Source of the DNA: Catajapyx aquilonaris
Taxonomy: Eukaryota
Direction: 5' to 3'
Length of the DNA: 54,792 bases
Assembly: GCA_000934665.2 (NCBI GenBank)
Contig: JYFJ02002569.1
Location: 1-54,792 of the forward strand
Part shown: positions 38,152-50,489 of the stretch, one piece after another
How the letters are laid out: the number at the start of each line of letters is the position of its first letter
Position numbering within the stretch: the stretch's first letter is position 1
Position numbers and translations under genes: made by a program
Notes under the pieces: generated by a model
Seen by the model: the letters and a program-made list of their open reading frames with translations, nothing else
Told to the model about the DNA's origin: nothing
Databases searched by the model: none

Positions 38152-38620
38152 GGTCCTATCTTCTTCTGACTCGGATCTGGACGAAGACAGGTGTGCACAC
38201 CCTTTTGGCAACTCATTCAGGAAGGTACATTTCAGTTCATTGCCCTGGTCATGAACCTACATGTTTTATTCAACCATCTTGTAGTTGGCATCTCGATTTG
38301 GAAATAGCGATACCGGTACGGATATCCTGCCGAAGAAGGAACCCCATAACCGCAGATTATTATGGGCGGTGGTTGTTTCCGGGAAGGGGTTGACGCAAAT
38401 GACCCTGCACTACAATATCTCACCCAGCCACTAAACTTCCCCATACTTAACCACTACCGAAGCACCTGTTGTACCAACCCCCTCCCTATACCCTCCTTAT
38501 ATCACCACTTTCCTTTTTTTTCACCTGTTTGCTGGGGCTGTCCCAAGGCCAAACTGCTGAGTGCCCTGATTCACCTGTTACTCTCCGTCTAGTCTTCTTC
38601 CGAGACACCAGCACCCGAGG

Positions 38621-40429
38621 ATGCTGGCGGCCGTCAAGAAACACGTCATTCTTCTTCTGTTGTTACAAGTCACATTTTCAAGTGCACGTGAGTATATTGG
38701 ATATGGTGTCTTTCAATTGCGCATTTTTTTCCATCTTTGCTTCTTTGTCAGCTTTTTGTGGCTTTCTATGTACTTCGCTAGCTCCCGTCATTTTGTATGC
38801 AGCATATGCGCTGCTATCGTTTTATAGACTCAGCGTATAAAGCTTGGAGGTGTAGGAAGCATCGTGTAGCATCGTTTAATAATTGCACTAATTAACCCAG
38901 GTAGCACAAAAAGTTGGGCCAATATTGGACGAATGTTGGCCCAATATTGGCCTATATAGCCAGTCTGAAGCCAATATTAGGCCGATATTGGCAGCAGATC
39001 TATTGCCATTCGAACTAGATAGTTCAGTGTCAAAAGGCCGTGGTTTCGAACTTGGCAGCAGTATGTTGACCATAAAGTGTAAATCAGATGCAACTTTCTA
39101 AGTGATAAAATAGTTAATTCTGAAATATTCTAGAGCAAAGAAATGTGCCAATGTCCGGTTGTTAAATTGTATACGCCACTTAATTGCCCCTATTATTGCA
39201 TTGTAAAAATGGTATTATTCTCGTTGGACAGGTCAAGTGAGAATATTAGTGAGAGGAGGCGTCCCAGCAACTATCTTCTTGTTCCCCATCTTTACGTCTT
39301 ACCTTATCCTAGGTAAGACACTCTGCTCCAGTTGCTTTCTCTTCTATATGTTTCTTCTCGCTTTCAACAGATTATTCTTGCTGAAAATTCTTCAAGTCTA
39401 AGTCATAACCCGTCAGTGTCAGGGTCATACGTAAGCTTCTCATATATTGTGGAATTCCAAGATGCTCACTTTCCTCTTTTATGGCCTAGATTGGGAAGAA
39501 CGTTTTTTACTGGAACACATTTTGGCTATTCATTTAGTTCCGTTTGTGTGGGTATAAGCCTTGGTATTCCTTCTTAAAGTATAATCATTTTTCCGTCCCG
39601 AAGGTTGTTTTTTTTTCCTTCGATGTCTCCACTTGTTTGGGATTGAATGTCATTTGTACAAAAAGTGGAACAACCTCTGGAAATGCTCTTACGGGGAAGT
39701 AACCAACGGTCATGCAAAGTACTGTGGGTGAAGGCCAGGTTTTATTTGCATTGGCTTTCAAGTTTGGACGGAATAACAATGACCCTGCCACTGTAAATAG
39801 TGAAGGTGTTGGAATTACTTGGTAAATAAACTGCAGTGTGTCTATTTTTTAGCCACGTAGTTCCAAGACGGAAATATTAGTCTGAATAATAATATATTCA
39901 TTATGTAAATATGATGCTTGTCTTCTTGACATCTTTGAGCTCATTTGTATTCAGCTGACAGGTTTTCCAAGGTAGTCATTGAGCGACAGCTTGTAGGTCA
40001 CTTCATGGTTCGTTGTTCTATTCTAATTGCATCGGGGAAAATCAAGGTCGGTTTTACGAGACCTCAAATAAAAATAATAAAAAAAACAACCTGAACTATT
40101 ACTGTACCCACGCCGACAAACCAGTTCATTTAGTGTTGTGAACCTTTCATGGAATCGTTTTTAAGGTCAAGTGATGATCGTGAATCAGTAGACATTCCTT
40201 TGAAGGCAGGAATTATAAGTCAATGTTTGTGAAACTCTCAGAAGAATTCCCATGGGAGATTACTGACATGATAATATTACTTGTTATTCATAATGTGGTG
40301 GACCCAAGACGTAATGAAGGTAACAATCCCATTGAAGTGGCTAAATAGGCTTAATACACAGGTATATTTAAAAGATCAATTTAAAGTGCGATAACTAGAT
40401 AAGTTTCCCTATGTCGATTTACGGCACAC

Positions 40430-40506
<77 letters not shown>

Positions 40507-43500
40507 GCCCATATCCTACTTGAAAAATATGGTGTGGTTGCATTTTAAAACTGTTTGAACTGAAATGCACAAGTAGTTTTATGCGACCAGAGGAGCAGTG
40601 CCACTTTTTTATATCGCTATGCAAGGTTATTAAATGGTGACAAGTTTTCAGGATGGAGTTGGGAACTTGTTCTATTGGGTATTCAATTATTTAATATTGA
40701 CATAATTACCTCATTTTGATAGGAAGTAATTGAATCAGATGGCCCACTTTGATTTTTAAAAACGTCCGAGATATCCCACCTCGATATGGATATTTCCGCT
40801 CTAAGATCCACTATTTTTAAAAAATACCGAGATGTCCCATTTTGATAGCAGGCTTTCACAATCAAAAGAAGCCCATTTGATAGGAAAGCTTTAACGCCCC
40901 ATAAAAATACATGGGCTTAAATTAAGGCAATGTTGGAATCCATCAGAATAAATCAACTTATTACTACTTGTGGTAACAAACACTACCTTTTTGTTGTACA
41001 GTACAGTACATGTAAATGACATACTCTATCTTCACTATCAGCTTAAATGAACGAAAGTGATAATTACCTGAAATACTTTTGTAAAATGTGACGTAATTAT
41101 ATGATGTTGTGGTATTTTTCATAGATTACCTAGTATAGTCTTTGATTTCTACTAGCACTGTACAGCCGTAGGTTTACTAATTATTGTACATAATCACTGA
41201 TCATCAGGTTTTTGTTGGTTATGTCAGCTCCGCATACCTGGTTAGTTTTTGTACTCTTTAAGGCGTTAACATCATTGGTACTATCATTTTTAACATCACT
41301 CGTACGTTATGTCTGGATGTATTTCGATATAAATGGATGACAGAGTACTTATCAGTATCTTAAAAACAGGTCGCTGAATTCCTTGGTATAAGTGATCGGA
41401 ATATTAATATCATAATCTATTGCAATATTTGTCAGAGAGGTTACCTCCGTCACGAGAGCTTGGAGATGACTGCACAGAAGGTTTGCCTTTGGGCCAAGTG
41501 GGCATATGTACACTGGTGGACCGATGCCCATTCTGGAGGCAAGCTTTAGAAGCTGTGAGACCACCTACTTCAAGCACAATTCAGAAGATTCAGAGAGCAA
41601 CTTGTGGTTACCAAGGGACCAAGCCATTCGTGTGCTGTCCAGATGCTGTCAATGGACCTGACACGAATCCGGATCGAGTTTTTCCAACACCAACTGGACC
41701 AAGACCCACTGGACCAAGACCCACTCCTTCACCTATAACTCCAGTTCCCCGACCAGTAACTACAACCACACGCGCTCCTGAGATGCCTTCTGGAGGAGGA
41801 TCATTCGACAATGGAACTCCGACTGGTGACTTCAGCGACCATCCCAACCGACGCTTGTTACCTACTCAATGTGGCTCTGCTCTTAGTGAAGACATACTGA
41901 CCGGCCCAATCGACAATGCCACCTTAGGACGCTTCCCATTCGCCGCCAGGCTTTCTTTTTTTGGTATGTTACTATTGTTCTATTTTCTCATTTTTGCATG
42001 GCAACTATTTCGTAAAACTGTCTCGCGCATCTTGTATTTTCACAATTTTTTGAGTCTGTAGAAACATGTATTATGGATAATATCCTGCTGATTCTTCCTG
42101 TGAACTTATGAAGTACCCTGACACAATAGACTGTGCTACAATACCACGTTTTTGACACGTCAACCCTTGCGTGTATAATGACATTGCCAGTTGGTCGCGT
42201 GAAGAGACGAGTATATGTTCAGATGGTCACGAGAATCGTCGTGGTCTCTTCCACTCAGGATCACAAGAAAAAAATATTGCATGCCACTCTTGAGGGATCG
42301 GCCCAATAACCTCAAATGAGCAATGTGCACGCAATGTAACTACCATTACTATTACGCTGCATTGCGACGCGGTCATGAATATCCCATCAGTGTTAAGACT
42401 TATTGGCAATAGTCATGCAAGCAGTCTTGGACCATTACCGATGAAAACCGTTCTTAGAATCGCTATGGCCAAACTTTAGCAATGACTTACTTTGAGCATT
42501 GCAGCGTAACTAGTAGTTACATTGGAACGATTGAACGAATAATAACAAAAAGCCCTAATTGGGATGAATGACACTACCAACTTGCAAAAATTCCGTAGCA
42601 AATCTGGTGCTAAGGGTGGCGAGTGGCGGTCATTGTACCGTGAAAAAAGCGAAGTCAATTACACATGGCAAGACCTTGGCCTAGGATACGAGCACTAACG
42701 TGCCTGCGAGTGCCCGGTCTGTAAGGTGGAAATTATAAGCTCGTGCAATGAAAGGGTGAAACTGACCTTGGCAGAGATTCTTTTATGAGCATGGAAGACG
42801 GCTACCATGCTCAACTGTGCATGGAAACCACTTAGGTTTGCCTCATTTCAAAACTACTGGTCGTTATGTGCTCATTCATGGAAATTACCGGTCATATTTC
42901 ATCGGTAATCATTTTGAAAGTCTGAAAAGTTACTTCTGTTACAGTCGGAAGGATGAACCAGAACTTGTGTGCAGGAGCTCTCATATCTGCGAGATACATT
43001 GTGACAGCTGCCAGATGTGTATCACGACTACCAAGCAGCCTACGTCTGTGAGTATTATCATTTTTTGATATGTTATAACATATTGTAAAATAATATGTAT
43101 TTTTCATAGAGCATCTGTACGACTGGGAGAGTTCAGCACTCAGTCAGATCCAGATTGTGAAGGAAGTAGATGTGCTCCTCCTGCACAAGATTTCACTGTT
43201 GAAGAAATGATTGTACACCCGCAGTACACCACAGGGCCAATTGGAAATGACATTGCCCTCATTCGGTTGTCCCCTACGCCTCAACTCAGCGGTATTTCCT
43301 CTTTCACTCTTGTCCCCAAAAAAAACACACACACATTCTCTTGGTTCTAGGCTAATATGCAACTTTATTACAGATTTCGTATGGCCAGTGTGCCTTCCAT
43401 TTGACTCACCTGACCCTCAGCCAGGCCTCCAAGGAGTCATGGTTGGATGGAACAGAACCGAATTTCGTATGTATTCTACAACTGACCACGACTTGTACTT

Positions 43501-43826
43501 GAATGACACAATGAATTTATTTTGACACAGAGAGTGGCCAAGGAAGCGTGGTGCAACAGATGTCAGGAGCCATTTTGTTGCCTTCCACCAACTGCAGTTT
43601 AACCAACCCTGCCGATGTGCTTTGCGTATCAGCCGCTGCTACCACCGTCGGAGCTTGTGCTGTCGACTCCGGAGGACCACTGGTGAGCCCAGGGCCACAA
43701 GGCACACCTCGTTTGACTGGGGTAGCTTCGAGTAACCTGAGATTGTGCGCAAGAAGTACCACTCCAGCCCGATTTACATCCGTTCGAGCTCACCTCAGGT
43801 GGATCCTGGATTCCATCCGAGTCTAG
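38621..43826 (+). CDS. Clip-domain serine protease homolog F (His->Arg), 6 exons
   Basis: Exons 38621-38687 (MLAAVKKHVILLLLLQVTFSSA, GTGAGT donor), 41436-41963 (clip, Pro/Thr-rich linker, HPNRRLLPTQCG), ~42944-43047 (TAARC), ~43110-43292 (DIAL), ~43374-43466, ~43530-43826 (CAVDSGGPL). Linking exon 1 to the rest is inferred from its signal peptide and phase-1 compatibility. Confidence 0.87.
38896..39000 (+). mobile_element. Left terminus of a CCCAG-type (EnSpm/CMC-like) element
   Basis: CCCAGGTAGCAC followed by repeated CCAATATTGG palindromes. Confidence 0.55.
40431..40505. repeat. (AAT)~25 microsatellite
   Basis: Perfect trinucleotide run. Confidence 0.97.
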
Positions 43827-46800
43827 TCGACGTCCTCTTCATCTTCATCTTCTGCTGGTTCCTTGCCGCGAGCCAAGTCTAATGCGGCCTTCCAGCGTCT
43901 CGCAGCGTTTCTGTTACGTGCCAGCTGAAAAAAATAATAATAATAATATTGTGCAGATATTTTCAAACTACAAATACAACTATGCTTATAACCTGTCCTT
44001 GTCGTTGAACTAGAGTTGGGCTAACCCAGACCCTATCCATCATAGCCTCTCTTTGAAGCAGCCATTCCCGGCTGCGTATGTTGGCATCATCACGACGTTC
44101 ACGCAGAAGATGTGCCAGCGTCTTCTCTATATCCACTCGTGTTCCTTTCAGACGACGAGCCCACTCTCGACGTCGACGTCGTTCGCTATTCAGCCAGGAT
44201 GGACCCGGGGCAAATACATGAACAGGGGAATAGGTTTTAGGAGATGGGGATCTCGCTGAGCGTTGTGTAACTCTGGTGGCTGACGAGAATGGACGGATCA
44301 CAAATGGCTTCTGTGGTATAGGCGGAGCGCTACGAGATCTAGGTTTGCTTTCCTGTAAACCAAACAGGTTACTTACAAAGGTACCATTGAATAGATGTGT
44401 AGGACATACTGGAAGTGGTGAGTAGTAGGTATCCCCACAGATTCTGTATGAAGCTGGAGGTGAAAGAGATGGAGGGCGAACTGGTATTTTGATGACATTT
44501 CTGCCTCTTTCACTGGTCAGAGGTCGGGTTACCAGAGAGGAGGAAATGTCATGGATGGTGTTGGTTGGGCTTGGACGATTCAGCCTGCTTCTGTTCACGT
44601 TTCCATCTGGCGAAGGAGGAGGCTTTGGGCTGGTGGCAGCTGAAGCAGTTTCACTTTTGGACTGCTCTCGTTTGGCCATTGATGGTGGTAGGCTGGCCGT
44701 CCGGAGCATTTCATCGGCTCTCAGCTGCCGCCTCAACCTTCTGTGCCATAGACATAAAATATTATTGGTCAAAAAAGGGTTAGTCGAATCTGTCCTGGCC
44801 CTACACAACAATTAGCCATTTAGATAAGCCGCCTCTAACTTTCACCTTGCTCAAGTGATGATGGTTGCGTAGCGCCAGGATACCATTGGCCGAGAGCTTT
44901 TATACTGTATGTGAGAGTTAGTTTCTTAGCAACTTTCAATTAAAACGTCTTCCACACCATGCTAATATTGGCTTATTGCGTAGACCTAACAGCTGACCTA
45001 TCCACATTCTTACTTTCTCCCCCACGCCAAGCCACGATTGCGAAGTAGCACATCTATAAAACTCCAATGTCAAAATTGAGCAAGTCATAACTCCAGATCT
45101 ACCGACCATATTCAGTGTTTCTTTTCGGAAATGAAAAGATCGAAAGAAGGGGAGCACTTTTTCCGTGAACTAATTATACGCTCAAATCATAATTAGGATT
45201 CTCCAGTTGTTGTTGAAGTTGTCCGTGTGAGAGAAATGTGACATAAGGAGGCAATTTTTGAAGTTTGTGGGAGTGGACACAACACTATATTAGAATTTTC
45301 TGAATTTTTAATTCACATTTCTAATTTTCGGACTACTTTCCCCTCAATGTCCCTAATCGGGAAATAACAGGGTAAATAAAATAAAATAAAATGAAATGAA
45401 AATTCTGGACTACACTAGATATATTGTGTCTGTGTACTGTACAGTTGTACTGCACATATCTGAAAAATGCTGGTGCTTCTATAATTTATTGTGGGTGTTT
45501 CCCTAAGCTTGCTTGGTATCCATATGACATGGGAGACCTTTGTCCTAAGCTTAATACTGTAGTAGTACAGGGTGCAACTTCCTCTCGTGAGCCAGTGATA
45601 TGAGCAGTGCAAAAGGGTTGCTCTTGTTATTGATACTGCACCAAAATAACATACTTTACATTAATGACATATAATTAGATCCAGAGAATCACAATCAGTT
45701 TTGAGTCATGTATTATTCGTAATACAAGCATATCTCGAAACACTCAATATGAGTAGGACTATGTGGTAAAATAGCAATAAGTTACTTGCAGATTTTGCAA
45801 TGTGCTTAACACGGCTGAACACTTGACAGTGTCATGTGCTAGTGGTCTAAGCAATCATACTGTAGCACACAAGGTGTTCCAACTGAGCAGGTTCATTAGA
45901 ACATGTGGCATTTAATTGCGTTTAATTAGCAGTAATTCTCAATAGTCGTTTCAGTGGCCAGTAGAAAATTAATATTTATCATATTGCAGTATTAGGTTGA
46001 ATGTGGGGCATTCATGTTTACACCACTGCAAAGGTGGTTTCATTTATTGGAAGAGTCGAGACAATAATTAAGGTCATGAGTCATATGGAGAGAAGGTGAG
46101 AATGATAGAGGAAGATGAGTTTAGGGACAGTTGGAATAAATGGGAAAACCCAAGCCTGGAGAGAACCCATTAAAATCATTCCGCATGATGAAATTCTCCT
46201 TCCTATCCAGATCAAACTCGGGATCTCCCAGAAGTTAACCACTACACCACCACGCCAAGGACTAATAAAAGAGCTATTTGCCCATGACCACGCCCAACTG
46301 CAAGGAAAAGTCCGGCCTGGGAAAAAAGGAGATTATCCTAGAGTTTCTCTTGAACTCTGATGCCAGTGGTCCCAAATAGCCATTCCTAAAGATTAAACTC
46401 GAAAATTTATTACGAACATAAATGTTTTGTGACATTAAAAGTAACTATATACATACCGGTAATATCATGAAAAGGAAGTTAACACCAAAGCGGGTAACTT
46501 GGAACACCCTGCACTGATAAATTAATGAATCAGAAGCGTTGTTACAGCCTGCAATATAACCAGATCTGGGTCGATTTTTTTACTGTGAGAACGTGTATCC
46601 TGCCAATGAGGCAATCAAGACCTTCCCCTGCACTACCTAAAAGCAACTCCGATTGAAATCAAGCACATGTAAAAGCAAACCCTCAATTTCTCCAACGGAG
46701 TAGAAAAGCTTGATTCTTGTAGTGATATCATCTAAACTAGGAGTAGGAGTACCGGATTAATCCCAAAGAAGTCGCATTAAAACATTTCCTACCTTTCTCT

Positions 46801-48060
46801 AGACATTTCTATGGACTGTCGAAAACTCACCTCTTTTTCTTCCACATTTCCTTACGACGGTTGTGACAAATGTACCTATACAAACGTCTAGCTACACATC
46901 GAGCTCAGCCAACTGGACAAGTAAAACGTGAGGTGCACTAGTAATTTAATGGTAAAGCCTAAATCGTGGTTACATATTATTTACGAGGGAGGTTTAAAGC
47001 ATGCGCAGCATAGAGCCATCTCATATTTGACCTGTAAATCTCCTCTTCCTTGATCTTCTCCTTTGCTCGAGCACCTAAGACATGCTGAGGTGCAGGTCGG
47101 GCTCGAAAACTCGTCCTACTGCGGGTCCTATCCAATCCCTTGGTTTCTTCCCCACTGAAGTCTTCTTCGTCATCATCTTGACACCCATAATAAGAACACA
47201 TATCTCGAGTACGCTGGCCTTTACCCCAGAAGCTGAATGGTTTCTCGTCTGCCAAAAGTTGCAGCTGACGTCTCTCTCGGATCTTCCTGCTTCGAGCTTC
47301 CTTCTTGGCTACGATTTGGTCATAGCGAGGTAGAGCTGTAGCGAGAGGGACTGGATGGGCCCGGAATGTCTTTGATGTTTCTTCCTGAGGATTTTTTTCT
47401 GACAGCTTCTTCATCAGCTTACTCTTAAGGAGATGCCTCCTGGCCTGTGCTAGGAGTGGATCAAGAATTTCGAGTTCTTTGAACTCGAAATCCGATTCTT
47501 CCCCCTCTCTGGGTTCATTGGGTGGTGGGGTTTTCTCACGTCCTTAAGGGAAGAAATACAATCATAATGTTTTCACTTGATACCGTACCGGTATATCTGC
47601 CTCTATGCACTTGTATTTTTTCAATCGCTATTTTCAATGAAGCGAGTTAGGTCGTTTGATAGCGGATATTATTAAAATTATGGTTAGAGAAACATGCTAT
47701 CCAAATATTGTAATTCTAATGACAGTAATAAGACCTACCCATCATAATGGTACGCCGGATGGAAGGTTTCATGAAGTAATATCGGTGTGGTTTATCGGGC
47801 ATTGTTATCACCCTATCCTTTGGCCGAGGGGTAGATCTTTCAGGCGTGATGGGTGTGACATTCAGCAAGGCCAAGCATCGTCTCGTTTCCTTTCTTAGTT
47901 CCCGTATCTGCTCGCGGAACTCAGCGTCGGACAAATGGCGAACATGCTCGTAATTGGGAGGAATTCGGTGCCACAGGGCGAGGATCGGATCGACCACAAG
48001 TCTAGCACACTTTTCCACATCGTGAAGATGAGGGGAGAGCTTATGGGGCGTAGGCGACAT
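43823..48060 (-). CDS. FAM161: FAM161 family (UPF0564) centriolar/ciliary protein, 5 exons
   Basis: Exons 48060-47739, 47542-47032, 46875-46831, ~44800-43993, 43924-43823, with phases 1, 2, 2, 0 compatible. Motifs FRAHPVPLATALPRYDQI..EKPFSF, FRARPAP..KEEEIYR and RADEML..ASLP match FAM161A/B. Confidence 0.8.
46120..46256 (-). mobile_element. Degraded tRNA-derived SINE
   Basis: Minus-strand head GGCGTGGTGGTGTAGTGGTTAA...GAGTTTGATC with A-box and B-box-like sequences. Confidence 0.45.
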
Positions 48061-48123
48061 CTTCGACTTTCTGCTTCTGTGCTTGTTTATTTAGGTAACG
48101 CGCTGTTCCGTCTGTTGCCAACG

Positions 48124-48137
48124 GTTGCCATGGTAGC
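48124..48137. promoter_or_regulatory. RFX X-box upstream of FAM161
   Basis: GTTGCCATGGTAGC is close to the canonical GTTGCCATGGCAAC and lies ~65 bp upstream of the FAM161 ATG. A second GTTGCC half-site is immediately adjacent. Confidence 0.65.
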
Positions 48138-48326
48138 TATACTACCTCCACCACTCTCAATAAGCGCCTGTTTTGCATGTGTAAAACTTGTGATTATATT
48201 ACCGCTACTATTTATATTTACGGCATTTTATAGTTGCATGCCAGTGACGTGAAGCTTATTACAATTTATTAGACCGTTTAGCTAGGACAATTCGAACTTT
48301 GAACAGAACCGCGCCATCGATGGACT

Positions 48327-48520
48327 AAAAATGGCGGCACTCCATTGACTTAATCCTTGCTCACAGATTTGAGCAGTAAAATCTTAAAATTACAAATTAA
48401 ACATGATAATACGTGTTAAAATTATGGCTATTGATTAAAATAATTATTTTTGGTAAGACCACTGGTTGGTGTGACATTGGCAACATTGATCCAAAATCCG
48501 AATGCACAAAAATGGCGGCC
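48327..48520 (+). promoter_or_regulatory. YY1/Pho-like AAAATGGCGGC motifs in the bidirectional promoter
   Basis: AAAATGGCGGC at ~48328-48338, and again overlapping the COQ6 ATG at 48509-48519. Confidence 0.4.
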
Positions 48521-49624
48521 ATGTGGAAGTTAGTTTCTGTGTGCTCTCTTGCCGGAAGATTTTTGAAGCCTTCTTGGGTACCGGTGCGACTCCTAACGTC
48601 GTGCAAGGAGGAGCCTGGGCACGACCAGTACGATGTGGTCATCGTGGGAGGAGGTCTTGCCGGAACTGCCCTAGCTTGTGCCATTGGTATTCATTGACAT
48701 ATTTGCACATGTTTTTCTTTGGGTTTACATTTATATATGCAGTAGTTGCACGTCAAGGTGATTGCCTTGCAATGCTGAGTAAAGATCTGCATTCACTCAC
48801 ACACAACCGAACGCCTACTATTTATATTTACATCATTGCATACCAGTGACGGGCACCAACAGGACTGCAGTGGGCATACTAACATTTCTGCTGATAAATT
48901 CTGAAATAAACAGTGTGTTCTTGTGTGTAAATCCCATCATCATTGATGTTCATGCAATGAGAATTCATTGAGATCAAAAAACCATTGGATCTCTGGCTGT
49001 GCAGGAATTATAATGCCTGTTTTGATCAAGGCAAACTCATTCCGTTAGTTTGTTGCTACATATTCTTCAATGTGCATGGGTGTAATACTAAACTATTTAG
49101 AGTGGACTTTTACATGTTTGCTACATGATGCTTGTGACATCATTAAAGGACAATTTTATTCTCCAGGGCAATCACCCGTGCTGTCACATCACGGTGTGCT
49201 TCTACTTGAAAGCAGTCGAGCACCTCCTCCCGGTCCTTGGGACCCCTCAACGCCATATAGCAACCGTGTCTTGTCAATCAACCCAGGGTCAGCTTCATTC
49301 CTGGACCAACTAGGTGTATGGTCTGATGTTGTATCCATGCGTGCCCAACCCGTCAAGCGCCTGCAGGTGTGGGAAACAACTTCTGATTCCCACATAACCT
49401 TTGAAAGAGACTCAAAGATGGAAGGAGATGTAGCTTATGTAGTGGAGAATGATGTTCTCATGAGGGCACTGTGGAGTTGTTTGGACAAATTGGATACAGG
49501 CAATGTGCAGTTAATGAGGGGAGCTAAAGTGGTAAAATTGGAGATGCCAGATAAGATGAAAGATATGGAACAATCTGCAACTATTCTCTTGGCTGATGGA
49601 ACCCAAGTTCATGCCAATCTGGTG
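48512..49624 (+). CDS. COQ6: Ubiquinone biosynthesis monooxygenase COQ6, exons 1-2; gene continues past the window
   Basis: Exon 1, 48512-48686: mitochondrial-like leader plus YDVVIVGGGLAGTALACAIG (GxGxxG FAD-binding motif). Exon 2, 49167-49624: YSNRVLSINPGS..QVWE..ITF..VAYVVENDVL..ANLV, ending at a GTAAGT donor. The expected GADG exon was not found inside the window. Confidence 0.92.
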
Positions 49625-49879
49625 GTAAGTGGCAAGATTGTTTGTCATGAAATCAATATTAAAAAGTCCAATTTTAAAAGTTTGATGCTGTCATACTTTC
49701 AATTTTTATTAATAGTGTATATTAATAATATGGTAACATCTACGTACATTTTATACCTCATGTTGGAGTCCATTGTGTCAGTGATGATGCTTCAAAGACC
49801 AAATGACATCTCTACACAAAGTTATACCTGATGTCCAAAAGATCACCTTAGAACAGTGGTTCTGAGCTTTTCCGACTAT

Positions 49880-50333
49880 AGGGTCATTCCCATGTGCCAC
49901 AGGGATCATGATCCTTACCCCCGAAAAACACACATGCCCTTCCTCCACCCGCACGCGTTTATGAAGTTGACTGCCATGTTCCGAGTCGTGATCCTGACGT
50001 CACTCCTCCCTCCTGACCAGTTCTTAGCCGAGCAACATGGCGGCTCTCTGCTTGGCCCCGTCTGCCCCCTCGCTCTGCGGGCAGCCAAGACCTGTGTAAT
50101 AACGTAGATAGCATGCCTTCATGCTATTACAGCCAGGTCTATCGCAGAGTCACCCGTGCCTTTGGCCGGGAGCCGAAGCAAGAATCATTTTTTCGCCAGG
50201 CGGGCCTCCAGACCCATCCACCAAAAATCACGAAAAGTACGCGGCTCGTGGAAACAGTCGCCAAACGATCATGATTTTGCCCCTCAGAAATGTGGTTCAA
50301 GATCGAGATTTTGTGGCATGTGGGAATGACCCT
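49880..50333. mobile_element. MITE in COQ6 intron 2
   Basis: TIRs AGGGTCATTCCCATGTGCCACA / TGTGGCATGTGGGAATGACCCT, with a candidate 3-bp TSD TAT. Confidence 0.7.
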
Positions 50334-50489
50334 TATGGCTCATTTGGAAGGGACAAGGAAGCCCATTTGGTCACTATAAGAATATTGCCATTAGTCTAAG
50401 GCTGAATTGATTTTCTTCACCATTTGATACAATTCTCTCTGTAGCTTGTAGACAACCATTGCCACTGCCAAATTTTCACCAATACACTA

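Noticed and set aside
40409..40624. Poly-Leu ORF
   Set aside because: It is the translation of the (AAT)n microsatellite.
44489..44815. Plus-strand ORFs antisense to FAM161 and similar antisense ORFs over protease exons
   Set aside because: These are shadow ORFs of real coding exons with no independent motifs or splice support.
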